In this document: one piece after another, positions 55,094 to 64,000 of the stretch | Layout: every line of letters begins with the position of its first letter | Position numbering within the stretch: position 1 is the stretch's first letter | Assembly: GCA_000995185.1 (NCBI GenBank) | Contig: LCET01000002.1 | Span: 220 to 64,219 of the forward strand | DNA length: 64,000 bases | Direction: 5' to 3' | From: Candidatus Woesebacteria bacterium GW2011_GWC1_42_9 | Lineage (GTDB): Bacteria; Patescibacteriota; Microgenomatia; UBA8517 | Made by a program: the position numbers and the translations under genes | The notes under the pieces: generated by a model | Database searches by the model: none | Told to the model about the DNA's origin: nothing | Seen by the model: only the letters and a program-made list of their open reading frames with translations

Positions 55094-55825
55094 ATGACTG
55101 CTAAAAGTCCAAATTACAATAAGAGGTTGCTTGAAGCCCTGAGTGCTAAACCAGTGGTTTTTAATCCTGTGTTAGCAAAACTAACAGGATCGGTTAAGGC
55201 AGGGTTATTACTGTCGCAGCTTTTATATTGGTGGGGAAAAGGACAAGACCCAGAATCAATCTATAAAACAATTAAGGAAATCAAAGATGAGACCGCTCTA
55301 TCAAGAAGCGAACAGGATGGGGCGATTAAAAAGATAAAGAAACTGGATTTAATGGAAGTTGAACTCCGAGGAATCCCGCCCAGAAGACACTTCAAGCTCA
55401 ATTTGCAGAAAATCAGCAATTTAATTTGCAAGAGTTCAACAAACTTATTTGAAGAAAACCAACAATATAATTCAGATAATACTTCAGAGAATTCTTCAGA
55501 TACTAATGCTAACGCATTGCAGGTAGCCCCTGCGATTGAGTATGGCAATAAAGACATTAACTTTTTAATCTCCTACTTAAAGGAGAAACTCTCCCTACCC
55601 CTCTTGGATGGGACTGTGCAGCAAAATCGGCGTTACGCCCATTCCTTGATTAGGAAGTTTGGCAGTGTCGACAAGGTAAAACTCCTGATTGATGCTACTG
55701 CTCAGGACGATTTCTGGGCGACTAAGATTACTTCGTTTCAGCAGCTTTTTTATAAGGCAGTGCAGATTATCAGTAAAACCAGAAAGAGAGGAGGGGGTGT
55801 TTATGACGCCACAAATGTCGGATAA
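55094..55825 (+). CDS. Hypothetical protein with N-terminal winged-helix (replication-initiator-like?)
   Basis: AGLLLSQLLYWWGK...IKEIKDETALSRSEQDGAIKKIKKLDL resembles the wH of phage replication proteins. Identification is weak. Confidence 0.35.
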   Translation: MTAKSPNYNKRLLEALSAKPVVFNPVLAKLTGSVKAGLLLSQLLYWWGKGQDPESIYKTIKEIKDETALSRSEQDGAIKKIKKLDLMEVELRGIPPRRHFKLNLQKISNLICKSSTNLFEENQQYNSDNTSENSSDTNANALQVAPAIEYGNKDINFLISYLKEKLSLPLLDGTVQQNRRYAHSLIRKFGSVDKVKLLIDATAQDDFWATKITSFQQLFYKAVQIISKTRKRGGGVYDATNVG

Positions 55826-56249
55826 AAATTATATCGTTGCTTACGGTTATGATCAAACATTTGATTTAACCGAAAATGAAGCCGAGGCACTAATTACTGC
55901 CAGAGAAAAAGGCTTATCAGCAATAAGACTTAATAGAGGCAGCCTCTCAACATCTTATTCGTGGGTAATGCCTAAATGGGAGGTTGAAAGTGAGAGACTG
56001 AATGAAGAAGAACTAAAACTTGCAGAGATGGTTGGTAAGTGGCTTGCACGACCCGTTCACGATTTAGATTTTACTCCAGAGTCGGCAATGCGCTACTCCA
56101 AAAAACTTGTAAAAAGAATTGGTTACGGACAAGTGAAAAAGCTCTGGGATGTTTATGCCAATGGCGCATACCCCTCAGCCAAGAAATTCCTGATGGAAGC
56201 AAAGGAAATCTCGTCAATTCAAGCACCAGCATTACCAGATGAGACATAA
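55803..56249 (+). CDS. Hypothetical protein (148 aa)
   Basis: ggaggggg RBS. It starts with MTPQMSDKNY. The longer ORF-track N-terminus overlaps the previous gene. Confidence 0.4.
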   Translation: MTPQMSDKNYIVAYGYDQTFDLTENEAEALITAREKGLSAIRLNRGSLSTSYSWVMPKWEVESERLNEEELKLAEMVGKWLARPVHDLDFTPESAMRYSKKLVKRIGYGQVKKLWDVYANGAYPSAKKFLMEAKEISSIQAPALPDET

Positions 56250-56484
56250 ATCTATGAGCAAAAATCAACTAAAACTAACAAAACTGGAAAGAAAGCAAAC
56301 CTTATCTCTTTTTTTGAGATTGGGAATTTATCGCTCTTGGAGTCCAAGAAGTTATGCAGTTTTTGAAAGACATCTTAATAAAGCTGACGACGAATCGTTG
56401 CCTATGGGAGAACGAGTTAGGGCAGCTAATAAGATTGATCAGATGTTTTACAGGAGGATGAAAAAACATGAACAAAATAAGTGA
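56239..56484 (+). CDS. Small hypothetical protein (81 aa)
   Basis: ORF only. Confidence 0.3.
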   Translation: MRHKSMSKNQLKLTKLERKQTLSLFLRLGIYRSWSPRSYAVFERHLNKADDESLPMGERVRAANKIDQMFYRRMKKHEQNK

Positions 56485-57073
56485 ACAACCAGAAAAACTA
56501 ACAACCTCAAAGATGCCCAGAGAGACAGAAAGCCAATACACTGCTTTCTTGCTCTATTGCGAGGTTGGCAGCGTTTCCAAATTGATCCAAGCATGGCAGC
56601 AAATATGTCGGAATCCTGTAGGAGAATTGTCGGTGATTTTTGGCAATAAACTTGGGGATTTACCCTCAGAAAGGACAATTGAGCGTTGGTCGGTTAAATA
56701 CCAGTGGGTCAAGCGAGCAGATATGAAGCTAAAAGAAGACTTAGAAGGCTTAAAAAAGAAGTCAACCCAAATCAGACAAAGGCGAGCTTACACAATCACG
56801 GAGGTTTTTTGGAGCAAACTACAGGCACTAAAAAAGCAAATACAGACAGGTGAACCAGCCACTGTTCCAGAAGTTAAGGCACTATGGGAAATGATGAGGA
56901 TTGAATGGGGAGAAAGCATCAGTAAACAAGAAGTGGTTCAGGGAATTAACGAAGACGAACAAAGACCGCTGACCGAAGAAGAAATGATAGCCAGCAAATT
57001 TCTTACTGAAGCTGAAATGAAATATAACGACTACATGTTGAAGTTAGAAAGCAAAAAAGAGAAAAAACAATAA
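56468..57073 (+). CDS. Hypothetical protein (201 aa)
   Basis: ORF only. Helical and charged. Confidence 0.4.
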   Translation: MNKISEQPEKLTTSKMPRETESQYTAFLLYCEVGSVSKLIQAWQQICRNPVGELSVIFGNKLGDLPSERTIERWSVKYQWVKRADMKLKEDLEGLKKKSTQIRQRRAYTITEVFWSKLQALKKQIQTGEPATVPEVKALWEMMRIEWGESISKQEVVQGINEDEQRPLTEEEMIASKFLTEAEMKYNDYMLKLESKKEKKQ

Positions 57074-57161
57074 CTATGCCAAATCAAACACTCTACACCA
57101 TCTCACTTAGCTTGATATTACTTGAAGTTTCGTTTATGTGTTGTGTTGGACAAAAATTACT

Positions 57162-58775
57162 ATGAAAGCCGTCATATTCTGCCGAGTCAGCTCAAAAGAA
57201 CAGGAAGAAACAGGCTACTCCCTGCCCGCCCAGGAGAAGTTCCTGCGGGATTATGGCGAGAAACAAGGCTTAGAAGTAGCCAAAGTCTTCGCTATCTCCG
57301 AGTCGGCAGCAGGCACAATCCAAAGAAAGACCTTTAACCAGATGGTCGAATATGTCCGCAAGAAAAAGATTTGCGCCATTATCGTCGAGACGACGGATAG
57401 GTTAACCAGGAACTTCTCCGATATGCCAATTATCGACACTTGGCTGAAGGAAGACGAAGAACACCAAGTCCACCTGGCAAAAGAAACCTGTGTCCTCCAC
57501 AACTCCTCCCGCTCCCACGAATGGTTCATCTGGCGGGTCAAGGTGGCAACGGCAGAATACTATGTCCGTTTACTCTCCGAGAATGTAAAAAAAGGACAAA
57601 AAGAAAAACTGGCTCAGGGCTGGATTCCAACCAAGCCACCGATGGGATATAAGACAGTTGGAGAAACTGGACATAAAATCCACATTGTTGACGAAGGAGT
57701 AGCTCCTTTGATCAGGAAGATGTTTGAGTATTACGCTACAGGTGATTTTTCAATCAAATGGCTGTCCATGACGATGCGTAGAGAAGGCTTGCGCTCCCCG
57801 CAGGGCAATAAGGTAGTCAACAGCCGTCTTCACTCCCTACTGCGTGACCCCTTTTACATTGGTAAAATAAGGTGGAACGGAGAGATACACGAAGGCAAAC
57901 ACGAGCCTTTGATAAGTAAAGAGCTATTTGATAAAGTCCAAGCGATGCTTACCAGAAAAACCACTCCCAAACACAGGAAACATTCCTACCTTTTCCAGGG
58001 ACTGATCAGATGTGCGGGCTGTAACGGCTTAATTACCTGGGAAAAGCAAAGAACCCACCACTACGGGCATTGTAACCACTACCACGACTGCAAACAAACT
58101 ACCTGGGTCAAAGAGCCAGAAGTTGAGGAACAGCTCCTATCTGGCTTTGACAACTTGAAACTTAAAAACCAAAGGATCGTCGAGTGGTTAAAGAAGGCAC
58201 TCAAAGAAAGCCACCAAGACGAGATCGAATACCATAACAGCACTGTCGGTGAGTTACAAACCCGCTACGAGGCAATCCAGAAGCGGATGGACAAGTTATA
58301 CGACGACAAACTGGACGAAAAGATCAACCAGGAATTTTACAGCAGGAAATTCAAACAATACTCGGAAGAAAAAGACGAACTGACCGAAACCATTAAAAGG
58401 CACTCTACCGCCAGCACAGGCTACCTGAACCTCGGTATTAACCTCTACGAACTCTCCCAGAGAGCCAAAGAGATCTACCTCAAAGCCAAAGCAAAGGATA
58501 TGCTGGACGAGCAAAAGAACCTTATTAGGCTGGTATTTGCCAGGTTGATCCTGGATGAGGGCAAACTTAGCTGGGAATACTCAAAAGCCTTCAAAATCCT
58601 CTCGCAGGCAGTAGAAGAAACCAATTGTTCGAAAGTGGAAAAAATAGACGATTTTGAAAACAAAACTTTCGAACATCGCAAAAAGAGCGATGTTACGGGA
58701 CAAAGAGGCGATTTGTTGCCTCTGCGTCCCATCTGGCTCCCCCGGGAGGATTCGAACCTCCAACCTGCCGATTAA
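57162..58775 (+). CDS. Large serine recombinase (phage-type serine integrase)
   Basis: Resolvase catalytic domain (MKAVIFCRVSSKEQEETGYSLPAQ ... RLTRN). Recombinase domain, a C4 zinc-ribbon (CAGCNG...C..HYHDC) and a coiled coil. The last ~13 codons are encoded by tRNA-Asn sequence. Confidence 0.85.
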   Translation: MKAVIFCRVSSKEQEETGYSLPAQEKFLRDYGEKQGLEVAKVFAISESAAGTIQRKTFNQMVEYVRKKKICAIIVETTDRLTRNFSDMPIIDTWLKEDEEHQVHLAKETCVLHNSSRSHEWFIWRVKVATAEYYVRLLSENVKKGQKEKLAQGWIPTKPPMGYKTVGETGHKIHIVDEGVAPLIRKMFEYYATGDFSIKWLSMTMRREGLRSPQGNKVVNSRLHSLLRDPFYIGKIRWNGEIHEGKHEPLISKELFDKVQAMLTRKTTPKHRKHSYLFQGLIRCAGCNGLITWEKQRTHHYGHCNHYHDCKQTTWVKEPEVEEQLLSGFDNLKLKNQRIVEWLKKALKESHQDEIEYHNSTVGELQTRYEAIQKRMDKLYDDKLDEKINQEFYSRKFKQYSEEKDELTETIKRHSTASTGYLNLGINLYELSQRAKEIYLKAKAKDMLDEQKNLIRLVFARLILDEGKLSWEYSKAFKILSQAVEETNCSKVEKIDDFENKTFEHRKKSDVTGQRGDLLPLRPIWLPREDSNLQPAD

Positions 58776-58808
58776 CAGTCGGACGCTCTACCATTGAGCT
58801 ACAGGGGA
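58737..58808 (-). tRNA. tRNA-Asn (GTT)
   Basis: On the minus strand it reads TCCCCTGTAGCTCAATGGTAGAGCGTCCGACTGTTAATCGGCAGGTTGGAGGTTCGAATCCTCCCGGGGGAG. It has a 7-bp acceptor stem, a GGAGG/CCTCC T-stem, the anticodon GTT, and no encoded CCA. Confidence 0.85.
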
Positions 58809-58846
58809 ATATTACCAATTTACAATTTAAAATGAACAATTAAAAA

Positions 58847-59209
58847 CTAATTTTTCTTTGCGTTCTTTACTATTGTCGTTAAGATTCGTATCAATTCTTT
58901 GTTCTCTTCAAGTAGACTTTTAAGCCTACCCTTCGGCACCAATCCAACTCCAGCTATTAACTTCAACCAATACTCTGTCTCTCTAGATTCCTTAAGAGCG
59001 ATTGTTAAACCTCTTATAAATTCCTTTTTTGAACTTGAATTCTGTGCCTCTTCAACATTTGCACCGACGCTTGTCCCTGATCTAACAATCTGGCTAGCAA
59101 TTGCCCTGCTAGATATTGATCTGGGTAACTTATCAACTAGTTTTATAATTCTCACGCTGAACAGGAAAGTTCTCGCTCGAATATCGAAAACCTTCTTATC
59201 CACGCTCAA
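58847..59209 (-). CDS. Four-helix-bundle protein (TIGR02436 family)
   Basis: FSVRIIKLVDKLP...SQIVRSGTSVGANVEEAQ...SKKEF matches the 23S-IVS-protein-like family. Confidence 0.7.
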   Translation of the reverse strand: MSVDKKVFDIRARTFLFSVRIIKLVDKLPRSISSRAIASQIVRSGTSVGANVEEAQNSSSKKEFIRGLTIALKESRETEYWLKLIAGVGLVPKGRLKSLLEENKELIRILTTIVKNAKKN

Positions 59210-59735
59210 ATTGTACCTTGTACTTTGTAAATTGTAAATTCATTACATATTCATGTAATGAAAAACCAATTGGTACAAAAAGAAGCGTGCTGACTAATTG
59301 TGCTCTCAAAAACGGCAGGCCATTAACATAACACTGAACTAATCCCCATAAACTATTCGGGTACATCCCCCAGCTATCCAGGGCCCACACTCCAAAATTA
59401 GTCCAAATAAAGAAAAACAAATTCGCCATAATCCCCAGTCCGCTTCCCAATAAAACTCGCTTTGATCCACTAAATCGAGCTTTCATAAATATTTTTCCTG
59501 CCAATAAGGCAGGGATCAAAAACCCGCTCCATGTAAAAATAAAGATATTCGTGTTCCCAATTACCATATCTGACAAAATCAAAATTAATAAAACTAATTT
59601 CAGACTTTTTTCAGTCCCCAGGTATGAAGCAGACAAAAGCATTGCCAGGGTCACCAGCTCAATATTTGGTCCCAAATCAAAAACTACTCTTTCTAAATAT
59701 GAAGCCAAAAATAAGACCCAAAAAAGAAGATTCAT
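59196..59735 (-). CDS. Integral membrane protein, ECF-transporter S-component-like
   Basis: Five or six TM helices. It is co-transcribed with a DUF4430 gene, and that pairing is typical of ECF-S cobalamin/vitamin uptake. Confidence 0.4.
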   Translation of the reverse strand: MNLLFWVLFLASYLERVVFDLGPNIELVTLAMLLSASYLGTEKSLKLVLLILILSDMVIGNTNIFIFTWSGFLIPALLAGKIFMKARFSGSKRVLLGSGLGIMANLFFFIWTNFGVWALDSWGMYPNSLWGLVQCYVNGLPFLRAQLVSTLLFVPIGFSLHEYVMNLQFTKYKVQFERG

Positions 59736-60166
59736 TAGAATTCTGGCTTAATGTATTTCCACTCTAATTTATCGCCTGATTCTAAAATATACTGATCGGC
59801 GGCAACACTTCCTGCCGCGCCATTAACAAAATAAATCCAAGATTTTTCATCCGAATTTTCCCTGCCGTCTAATCCCTCTATCATCTTCCCAAAATCATAA
59901 TTTTTAACTTTAAGTTCTAAATTGTTTTTAGAAGTGACTAATTCAAGGGCCTCCAAAGCATTTTTCCCGGCTAGCCCTTGGTCCTCAAATGAAACAACTT
60001 CCCCTTCTCCAAAGCTTATCTCGACACTTGCCAGAGTGATCTTTTGTTCACCAAGGACTTGAACTTGGCCATCTTCAGTGGTCGCCCGATTAAGCGTCAA
60101 AAAGAAGACACTCGAAGCCACAATAGAAGCAACCAAAACATAAACGCGAGCCTTCATTGCGTCCAC
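59735..60166 (-). CDS. DUF4430-domain secreted protein
   Basis: Signal/TM, then WIYFVNGAAGSVAADQYILESGDKLEWKY, which matches DUF4430. Confidence 0.6.
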   Translation of the reverse strand: MDAMKARVYVLVASIVASSVFFLTLNRATTEDGQVQVLGEQKITLASVEISFGEGEVVSFEDQGLAGKNALEALELVTSKNNLELKVKNYDFGKMIEGLDGRENSDEKSWIYFVNGAAGSVAADQYILESGDKLEWKYIKPEF

Positions 60167-60206
60167 AATACCATCACTGTGACTACTTTGTCTACTGTGT
60201 GATTAG

Positions 60207-60806
60207 CTATTTTTGACTTCCTTTTACCGCAGCCTCGATCACGTCTTTCGGGAGCGAAGCGGCCGACAAAAGTGCCTTCCTAACTGATGATCCAGCCTCA
60301 CTACCAACAGCATCAGCAGCCTTTATCGCCCCGATGGCGGCTTCTCGTGCCGCGTCAGCGGTACTTACGCCAACTTTTCCGGCGGCATTTACAGCTCCTT
60401 CCACTGCAGAAACGGCTACTGAGCCGACATTGCCCCCAGTTTGGGCGGCACCTGAAACAGCTCCTCCGGCGGCAAAACTAATGGCCTTAAGGACATTTCC
60501 TCCTACCTCAGAAACGCCAGCAATCGCGGCATCCACCGCGGCTTTGGCAACTTCCACTCCGGTCGTGCCAAGATCTCCCGCGCTTACTACTGCGCCTTCC
60601 ACCACGCCTTTAACAGAATCAAGGCTCGCAGTTGCCACATCAGAAACATCTTTCAAAGTCCCTATAATCTGATTTTTTACTGAACCTCTTAGTGTGGAGA
60701 GAACATCATCTGCTCCTTTGACAGTCGAGACGAGCATACCCTTTGTCTCTTCAGCAATTTTTGATAACAAACTTATCACCTCCCATCCAATTAAATAATA
60801 CAACAC
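60207..60806 (-). CDS. Ala/Gly/Val-rich repetitive protein (199 aa)
   Basis: Degenerate ~11-residue repeats (e.g. VEGAVNAAGKVG, VSEVGGNVLKA). It is locally GC-rich with an amphipathic, phasin/LEA-like character. Confidence 0.45.
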   Translation of the reverse strand: MLYYLIGWEVISLLSKIAEETKGMLVSTVKGADDVLSTLRGSVKNQIIGTLKDVSDVATASLDSVKGVVEGAVVSAGDLGTTGVEVAKAAVDAAIAGVSEVGGNVLKAISFAAGGAVSGAAQTGGNVGSVAVSAVEGAVNAAGKVGVSTADAAREAAIGAIKAADAVGSEAGSSVRKALLSAASLPKDVIEAAVKGSQK

Positions 60807-60816
60807 CAGAGGTGAA

Positions 60817-61890
60817 TTAGTCTAAATAATCCTGAAGTTTTTTGCGGCGGCTGGGGTGCTGAAGTTTCCTTAGGGCCTTGGCTTCGATCTGGCGGATGCG
60901 CTCCCTGGTCACGCCAAATACTTTGCCAACCTCCTCCAGTGTCCTCTGTTGTCCGCCATCCAGGCCAAATCTTAGGGTCAAAACTTTGGCTTCCCGATCA
61001 CTAAGAGTACCTAGTACTTCCTCCAAATGATCTTTTAAAAGCTGGCGGCTGGCGGCTTCATCCGGCGCCTCTTGTGTCTCATCGGCAATAAAGTCTCCCA
61101 AAGAGCTATCTTCATCTTCCCCCACTTTAGTGTCCAGCGAAGTTACTTCTTGGGAAATCTTAAAGATCTCGCGGACCCGATCGCCATCCAAATCCAGTTC
61201 TTTCCCAATTTCTTCGTGAGTAGGCTCCCTACCCAAGGTTTGCATCAATCGTTGGCTGGTGCGATAAAGCTTGTTAATCGTTTCAACCATATGGACCGGG
61301 ATCCTGATTGTCCTTGCCTGATCGGCAATTGCCCGAGTGATCGCCTGCCTGATCCACCAGGTGGCATAAGTTGAAAATTTAAATCCCCTCCGCCAATCAT
61401 ATTTCTCGACAGCCCGGATAAGCCCTTGATTTCCTTCTTGAATCAGATCCAAAAGTGAAAGACCTCGGCCGATATATTTTTTGGCAATGGATACTACTAA
61501 ACGAAGATTTGATTCCGTCAATTTGTCCTTAGCTCTTCGGCTGCCCTTTTCGTATTTTTTGGCTAATTCAACTTCTTCTTCTGCAATCAACAGCGGATAC
61601 TTTCCAATCTCCCTCAAATATTGTCTAACCGGATCGGTGGACTCTGTCCCGCTTATTTTGGTAAGGGTTTCAATCTCTCGGTCCAAATTAAGCTGTTTTT
61701 CTGCTTCCATGTCATCAGCCGTGACAGACTCAAAAACATCTGTCCCATCGGCTAATAGTTTGGTGTAAAAATCATCGAGTTCCTCCAAATGAAGCTCAGC
61801 ATCAGGATAGACTTCCAAAATATCATCTTGGGTCAAAAATCCCTGGTCTCGGCCTTTTTTAAGTAGACTTACTGCACTTTTCCTTAACAT
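60817..61890 (-). CDS. rpoD: RNA polymerase sigma-70 factor
   Basis: Region 2 ([27 protein letters not shown]) and region 4 ([19 protein letters not shown]). Confidence 0.9.
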   Translation of the reverse strand: MLRKSAVSLLKKGRDQGFLTQDDILEVYPDAELHLEELDDFYTKLLADGTDVFESVTADDMEAEKQLNLDREIETLTKISGTESTDPVRQYLREIGKYPLLIAEEEVELAKKYEKGSRRAKDKLTESNLRLVVSIAKKYIGRGLSLLDLIQEGNQGLIRAVEKYDWRRGFKFSTYATWWIRQAITRAIADQARTIRIPVHMVETINKLYRTSQRLMQTLGREPTHEEIGKELDLDGDRVREIFKISQEVTSLDTKVGEDEDSSLGDFIADETQEAPDEAASRQLLKDHLEEVLGTLSDREAKVLTLRFGLDGGQQRTLEEVGKVFGVTRERIRQIEAKALRKLQHPSRRKKLQDYLD

Positions 61891-61927
61891 AACAAAATCG
61901 GCGACCTACTCGCCTCCTGGCATTATA

Positions 61928-63685
61928 TCAAATTTTCGGATGAATTTCGCTTGCGCGAAGAGATGACAAGTCTTGAGATACTTTAACAAACTCTTCCTTG
62001 GCAGATTTTAAGGCATTTTGATCCGACGATTTCTCAAACCTGGATATCTTCTGAAAAACGTCCGAAAGCCTATTTTTTATCACTAATTCCTTTAAGGTAC
62101 TTAGTGTTCTTTGGACTTCCCGATCAATGTTCCCTTCTCCCACTTCTGCCATAATTAGCCCTTCGTACTTTTCAGATAATTCTCTGGGGAGAGCCTTGGC
62201 AAACTCGCTAGCTGAGAACTTAAGATTAGACTTAAAGTATTCTGTCAAAGATGTTTGTATTTTCTTTAAGACTGGGGTCTCAATAATTCCAATCATCCCC
62301 TTTTTTATAAGCAACTTGGGGTTTGCCTTAAAACATAAGGAAAATAATTCGTCCTCAAGAAGTTCTCTTTTAAATTTTGTTTTTACGACTCCCTCCGGCT
62401 TTGAGGAATGCGGCAAAACTGGAGAACTGCCGATTTGCTCACTCACCGATTCAATCGGGACACCTAGCTTCCCGGCCACAATCTGAGCATAATGCGCCTG
62501 GACTATCTTATCTTCAATTGAAGCTAAAATTGGGACTACCTCACTACTTATTTTCGCCTTTCCCGAGCCAGCCAGAGGATCATGCTTACTAAAAATAAAG
62601 TTAATTAGAAAATCCCAGATAGTTTCACTTTCCCTTACCGCCAAAGAAAAACCGTCCGGATCCGCCCGCGCATAATCATCAGGGTCTTTATATTTCCCAA
62701 GGTCAACCACCCTTACCTCAAGACCCTCCTTTTGAGCTAAAGAAATACTTTTAACTGCCGCATTATTGCCGGCGAAATCACTATCAAGGGCCAAAATTAT
62801 TGTTTTAGTAAATCTAGAAAGAAGCTTAATTTGCTCCATTGTAAAAGCACTTCCTTTGATCGCGACAACATTTTTAATACCCGCCTGCCAGACCGAAATA
62901 AAATCCATCTCCCCTTCAACCACGATAACCATTTGGGACCGCTTGATGGCTTGTTTGGAAAGATTAAGTCCAAACAAAACATTTGATTTATGGTAAACCG
63001 GAGTTTCCGGGGAATTAATATATTTGGCAAGCTTTTCTTTCCCGGGCATGATCCTTCCGGCCAAAGCAATCGTATTCCCTCTCGGGTCGCAAATCGGGAA
63101 AATAACACGGCCCCTAAACCGATCGATATATTTCCCCCGAACGTTGACTACGAGCCCTGATTGCTCTATTAGTCTGGGGTCTTCACCTTTTTTTTGAGAC
63201 AAAAAATTAAATAGAAGATCTGGTTTATCCGGGGCAAATCCTAATCTAAACTCTTTTATGCTTTCTGGAGTAATTTTTCGCTCATCTAAATATTTGCGGG
63301 CACTATTCCCTGATCCATGCTTAACTAATAAATAGTGATAAAGCTCAACAGCCTTTTCATTAATCTCAATAAGTTTATCTTTCTCAGTCCTCCCTTGAGA
63401 ATTAATTTTTTTTAGTATCACTCCAGCCCGCTCGGCCAGAGCGCTTAAAGCCTCTGAAAATTCCATCCCTTCAAATTTTTCCAGGAAAGTAAAGACGTCA
63501 CCGCTCTCCCCGCACCCAAAGCACTTATAAATTTGAAGCTCGGGGCTTACTACAAATGATGGGGTTTTTTCGTTATGGAAGGGGCAATTGGCTTTATAAT
63601 TTTGACCAGCTTTAGTTAATGGGACGTGCTCGTTAATGATGGCAACAATATCAGTTTTGGATTTGACCTCAGCTACTTGGTCCAT
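61928..63685 (-). CDS. dnaG: DNA primase
   Basis: Zn-ribbon (CPFHNEKTPSFVVSP...CFGCG). TOPRIM (VVEGEMDFIS). It lies upstream of rpoD as in the canonical operon. Confidence 0.9.
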   Translation of the reverse strand: MDQVAEVKSKTDIVAIINEHVPLTKAGQNYKANCPFHNEKTPSFVVSPELQIYKCFGCGESGDVFTFLEKFEGMEFSEALSALAERAGVILKKINSQGRTEKDKLIEINEKAVELYHYLLVKHGSGNSARKYLDERKITPESIKEFRLGFAPDKPDLLFNFLSQKKGEDPRLIEQSGLVVNVRGKYIDRFRGRVIFPICDPRGNTIALAGRIMPGKEKLAKYINSPETPVYHKSNVLFGLNLSKQAIKRSQMVIVVEGEMDFISVWQAGIKNVVAIKGSAFTMEQIKLLSRFTKTIILALDSDFAGNNAAVKSISLAQKEGLEVRVVDLGKYKDPDDYARADPDGFSLAVRESETIWDFLINFIFSKHDPLAGSGKAKISSEVVPILASIEDKIVQAHYAQIVAGKLGVPIESVSEQIGSSPVLPHSSKPEGVVKTKFKRELLEDELFSLCFKANPKLLIKKGMIGIIETPVLKKIQTSLTEYFKSNLKFSASEFAKALPRELSEKYEGLIMAEVGEGNIDREVQRTLSTLKELVIKNRLSDVFQKISRFEKSSDQNALKSAKEEFVKVSQDLSSLRASEIHPKI

Positions 63686-63722
63686 TTGTCCACAAGTTTA
63701 CACTAGAGTGGCAATTTCCCTG

Positions 63723-63806
63723 CGGAGGAGACAGGATTCGAACCTGCGCGGGCGTTAACCCACACGCTTTCCAAGCGTGCGCCTTAAGCCACTCGGCCAC
63801 TCCTCC
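63723..63806 (-). tRNA. tRNA-Ser (GGA)
   Basis: On the minus strand it reads GGAGGAGTGGCCGAGTGGCTTAAGGCGCACGCTTGGAAAGCGTGTGGGTTAACGCCCGCGCAGGTTCGAATCCTGTCTCCTCCG. It has a long variable arm and the anticodon GGA. Confidence 0.85.
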
Positions 63807-63808
63807 AC

Positions 63809-63997
63809 TTAGATTTCTAGCTCCGCGTCTTCCGGCTTTTCCGCTTTGGGAAGCTCGACAGTTTTAACAAGTTTATTGGCGGCGCGAAGCATTTGTTGGT
63901 CGCGCTTATTGGTTAGTTTTCTTGCCGCCTCAGCATATTCAAGCCAAACTGCGTCTTCAAAACCCAATACTTCTCTCCCATTTTTAAAAAGTATCAA
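63809..63997 (-). CDS. Hypothetical protein (possibly partial, may extend past window end)
   Basis: ORF only, at the window edge. Confidence 0.2.
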   Translation of the reverse strand: MILFKNGREVLGFEDAVWLEYAEAARKLTNKRDQQMLRAANKLVKTVELPKAEKPEDAELEI

Positions 63998-64000
63998 ATA

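Larger units (their letters stand above)
53082..58808. mobile_element. Putative integrative element (prophage-like) inserted at tRNA-Asn; left boundary uncertain
   Basis: The serine recombinase gene terminates inside the tRNA. Small phage-like genes lie between (DUF5659, wH replication-like protein). The candidate left edge is the 320-nt intergenic segment with a hairpin after mltG. No att repeat was identified. Confidence 0.4.

Noticed and set aside
57138-57161. First 8 codons of the serine recombinase ORF (MLCWTKIT)
   Set aside because: The resolvase catalytic domain conventionally begins right at the initiator Met followed by the K/R-x-x-x-Y-x-R-V-S-S motif. MKAVIFCRVSS at 57162 fits that and 57138 does not.
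1-64000. CRISPR arrays and rRNA genes
   Set aside because: No run of regularly spaced direct repeats and no 16S/23S/5S-like conserved segments were seen on either strand.

Overview
The window looks like a low-GC, gene-dense bacterial chromosome segment with compact operons and many small proteins. Class I fructose-bisphosphate aldolase, an archaeal-type triosephosphate isomerase, a split transketolase and a DUF5659 protein fit a CPR/Patescibacteria-like organism (inference). About 35 kb is housekeeping and about 25 kb is accessory.

Region by region:
- 1-4.0 kb: two tandem class A penicillin-binding proteins (the first partial at the window edge) and a convergent class A beta-lactamase-like serine hydrolase.
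- 4.7-15.8 kb: a minus-strand block of sugar-phosphate metabolism genes: 2-hydroxyacid dehydrogenase, PfkB kinase, class I FBA, split transketolase, LOG, rpe, gap, pgk, rpiB, a DUF2207 membrane protein and archaeal-type tpi.
- 16.9 kb: ung.
- 17.5-21.9 kb: a markedly GC-richer segment. It encodes a Cys-rich secreted protein of 532 aa. The 36 nt encoding its last 10 codons and stop is repeated about 500 bp downstream, next to a decayed remnant. Two co-oriented hypothetical genes follow.
- 22-33 kb: an HExxH peptidase with a clear terminator, a MacAB-like tripartite ABC efflux set, an RRM protein, galU, an MsbA-like exporter and a DEAD-box helicase.
- 33.2-36.5 kb: decay products. These are an M23 peptidase remnant, a twice-frameshifted TauE/SafE gene, and a truncated YozG-like HTH next to a DUF2975 gene. 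An intact topoisomerase IB also lies here.
- 36.5-38.7 kb: the most interesting locus. A minus-strand operon encodes a TM-anchored Rossmann/TIR-like protein, a SMODS/CD-NTase-like nucleotidyltransferase with an unexplained C-terminal extension of about 200 aa, and a translationally coupled 38-aa basic peptide. It is transcribed divergently from lexA, with a perfect 12-bp palindrome in the shared intergenic region.
- 39.5-51 kb: a defence-island-like block. It holds three unknowns, a type III-like restriction-modification system in unusual order (HTH, Res, a Zn-ribbon protein, then Mod), and four unknowns including an HNH nuclease and a 519-aa HExxH protein.
- 51.0-51.3 kb: an unexplained GC-rich, probably structured, intergenic segment.
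- 53.1-58.8 kb: an integrative element with phage-like small genes. It ends in a large serine recombinase whose ORF reads into a tRNA-Asn.
- 58.8-64 kb: core genes again (four-helix-bundle protein, ECF-S-like protein with DUF4430, rpoD, dnaG, tRNA-Ser).

No rRNA genes or CRISPR arrays were seen.
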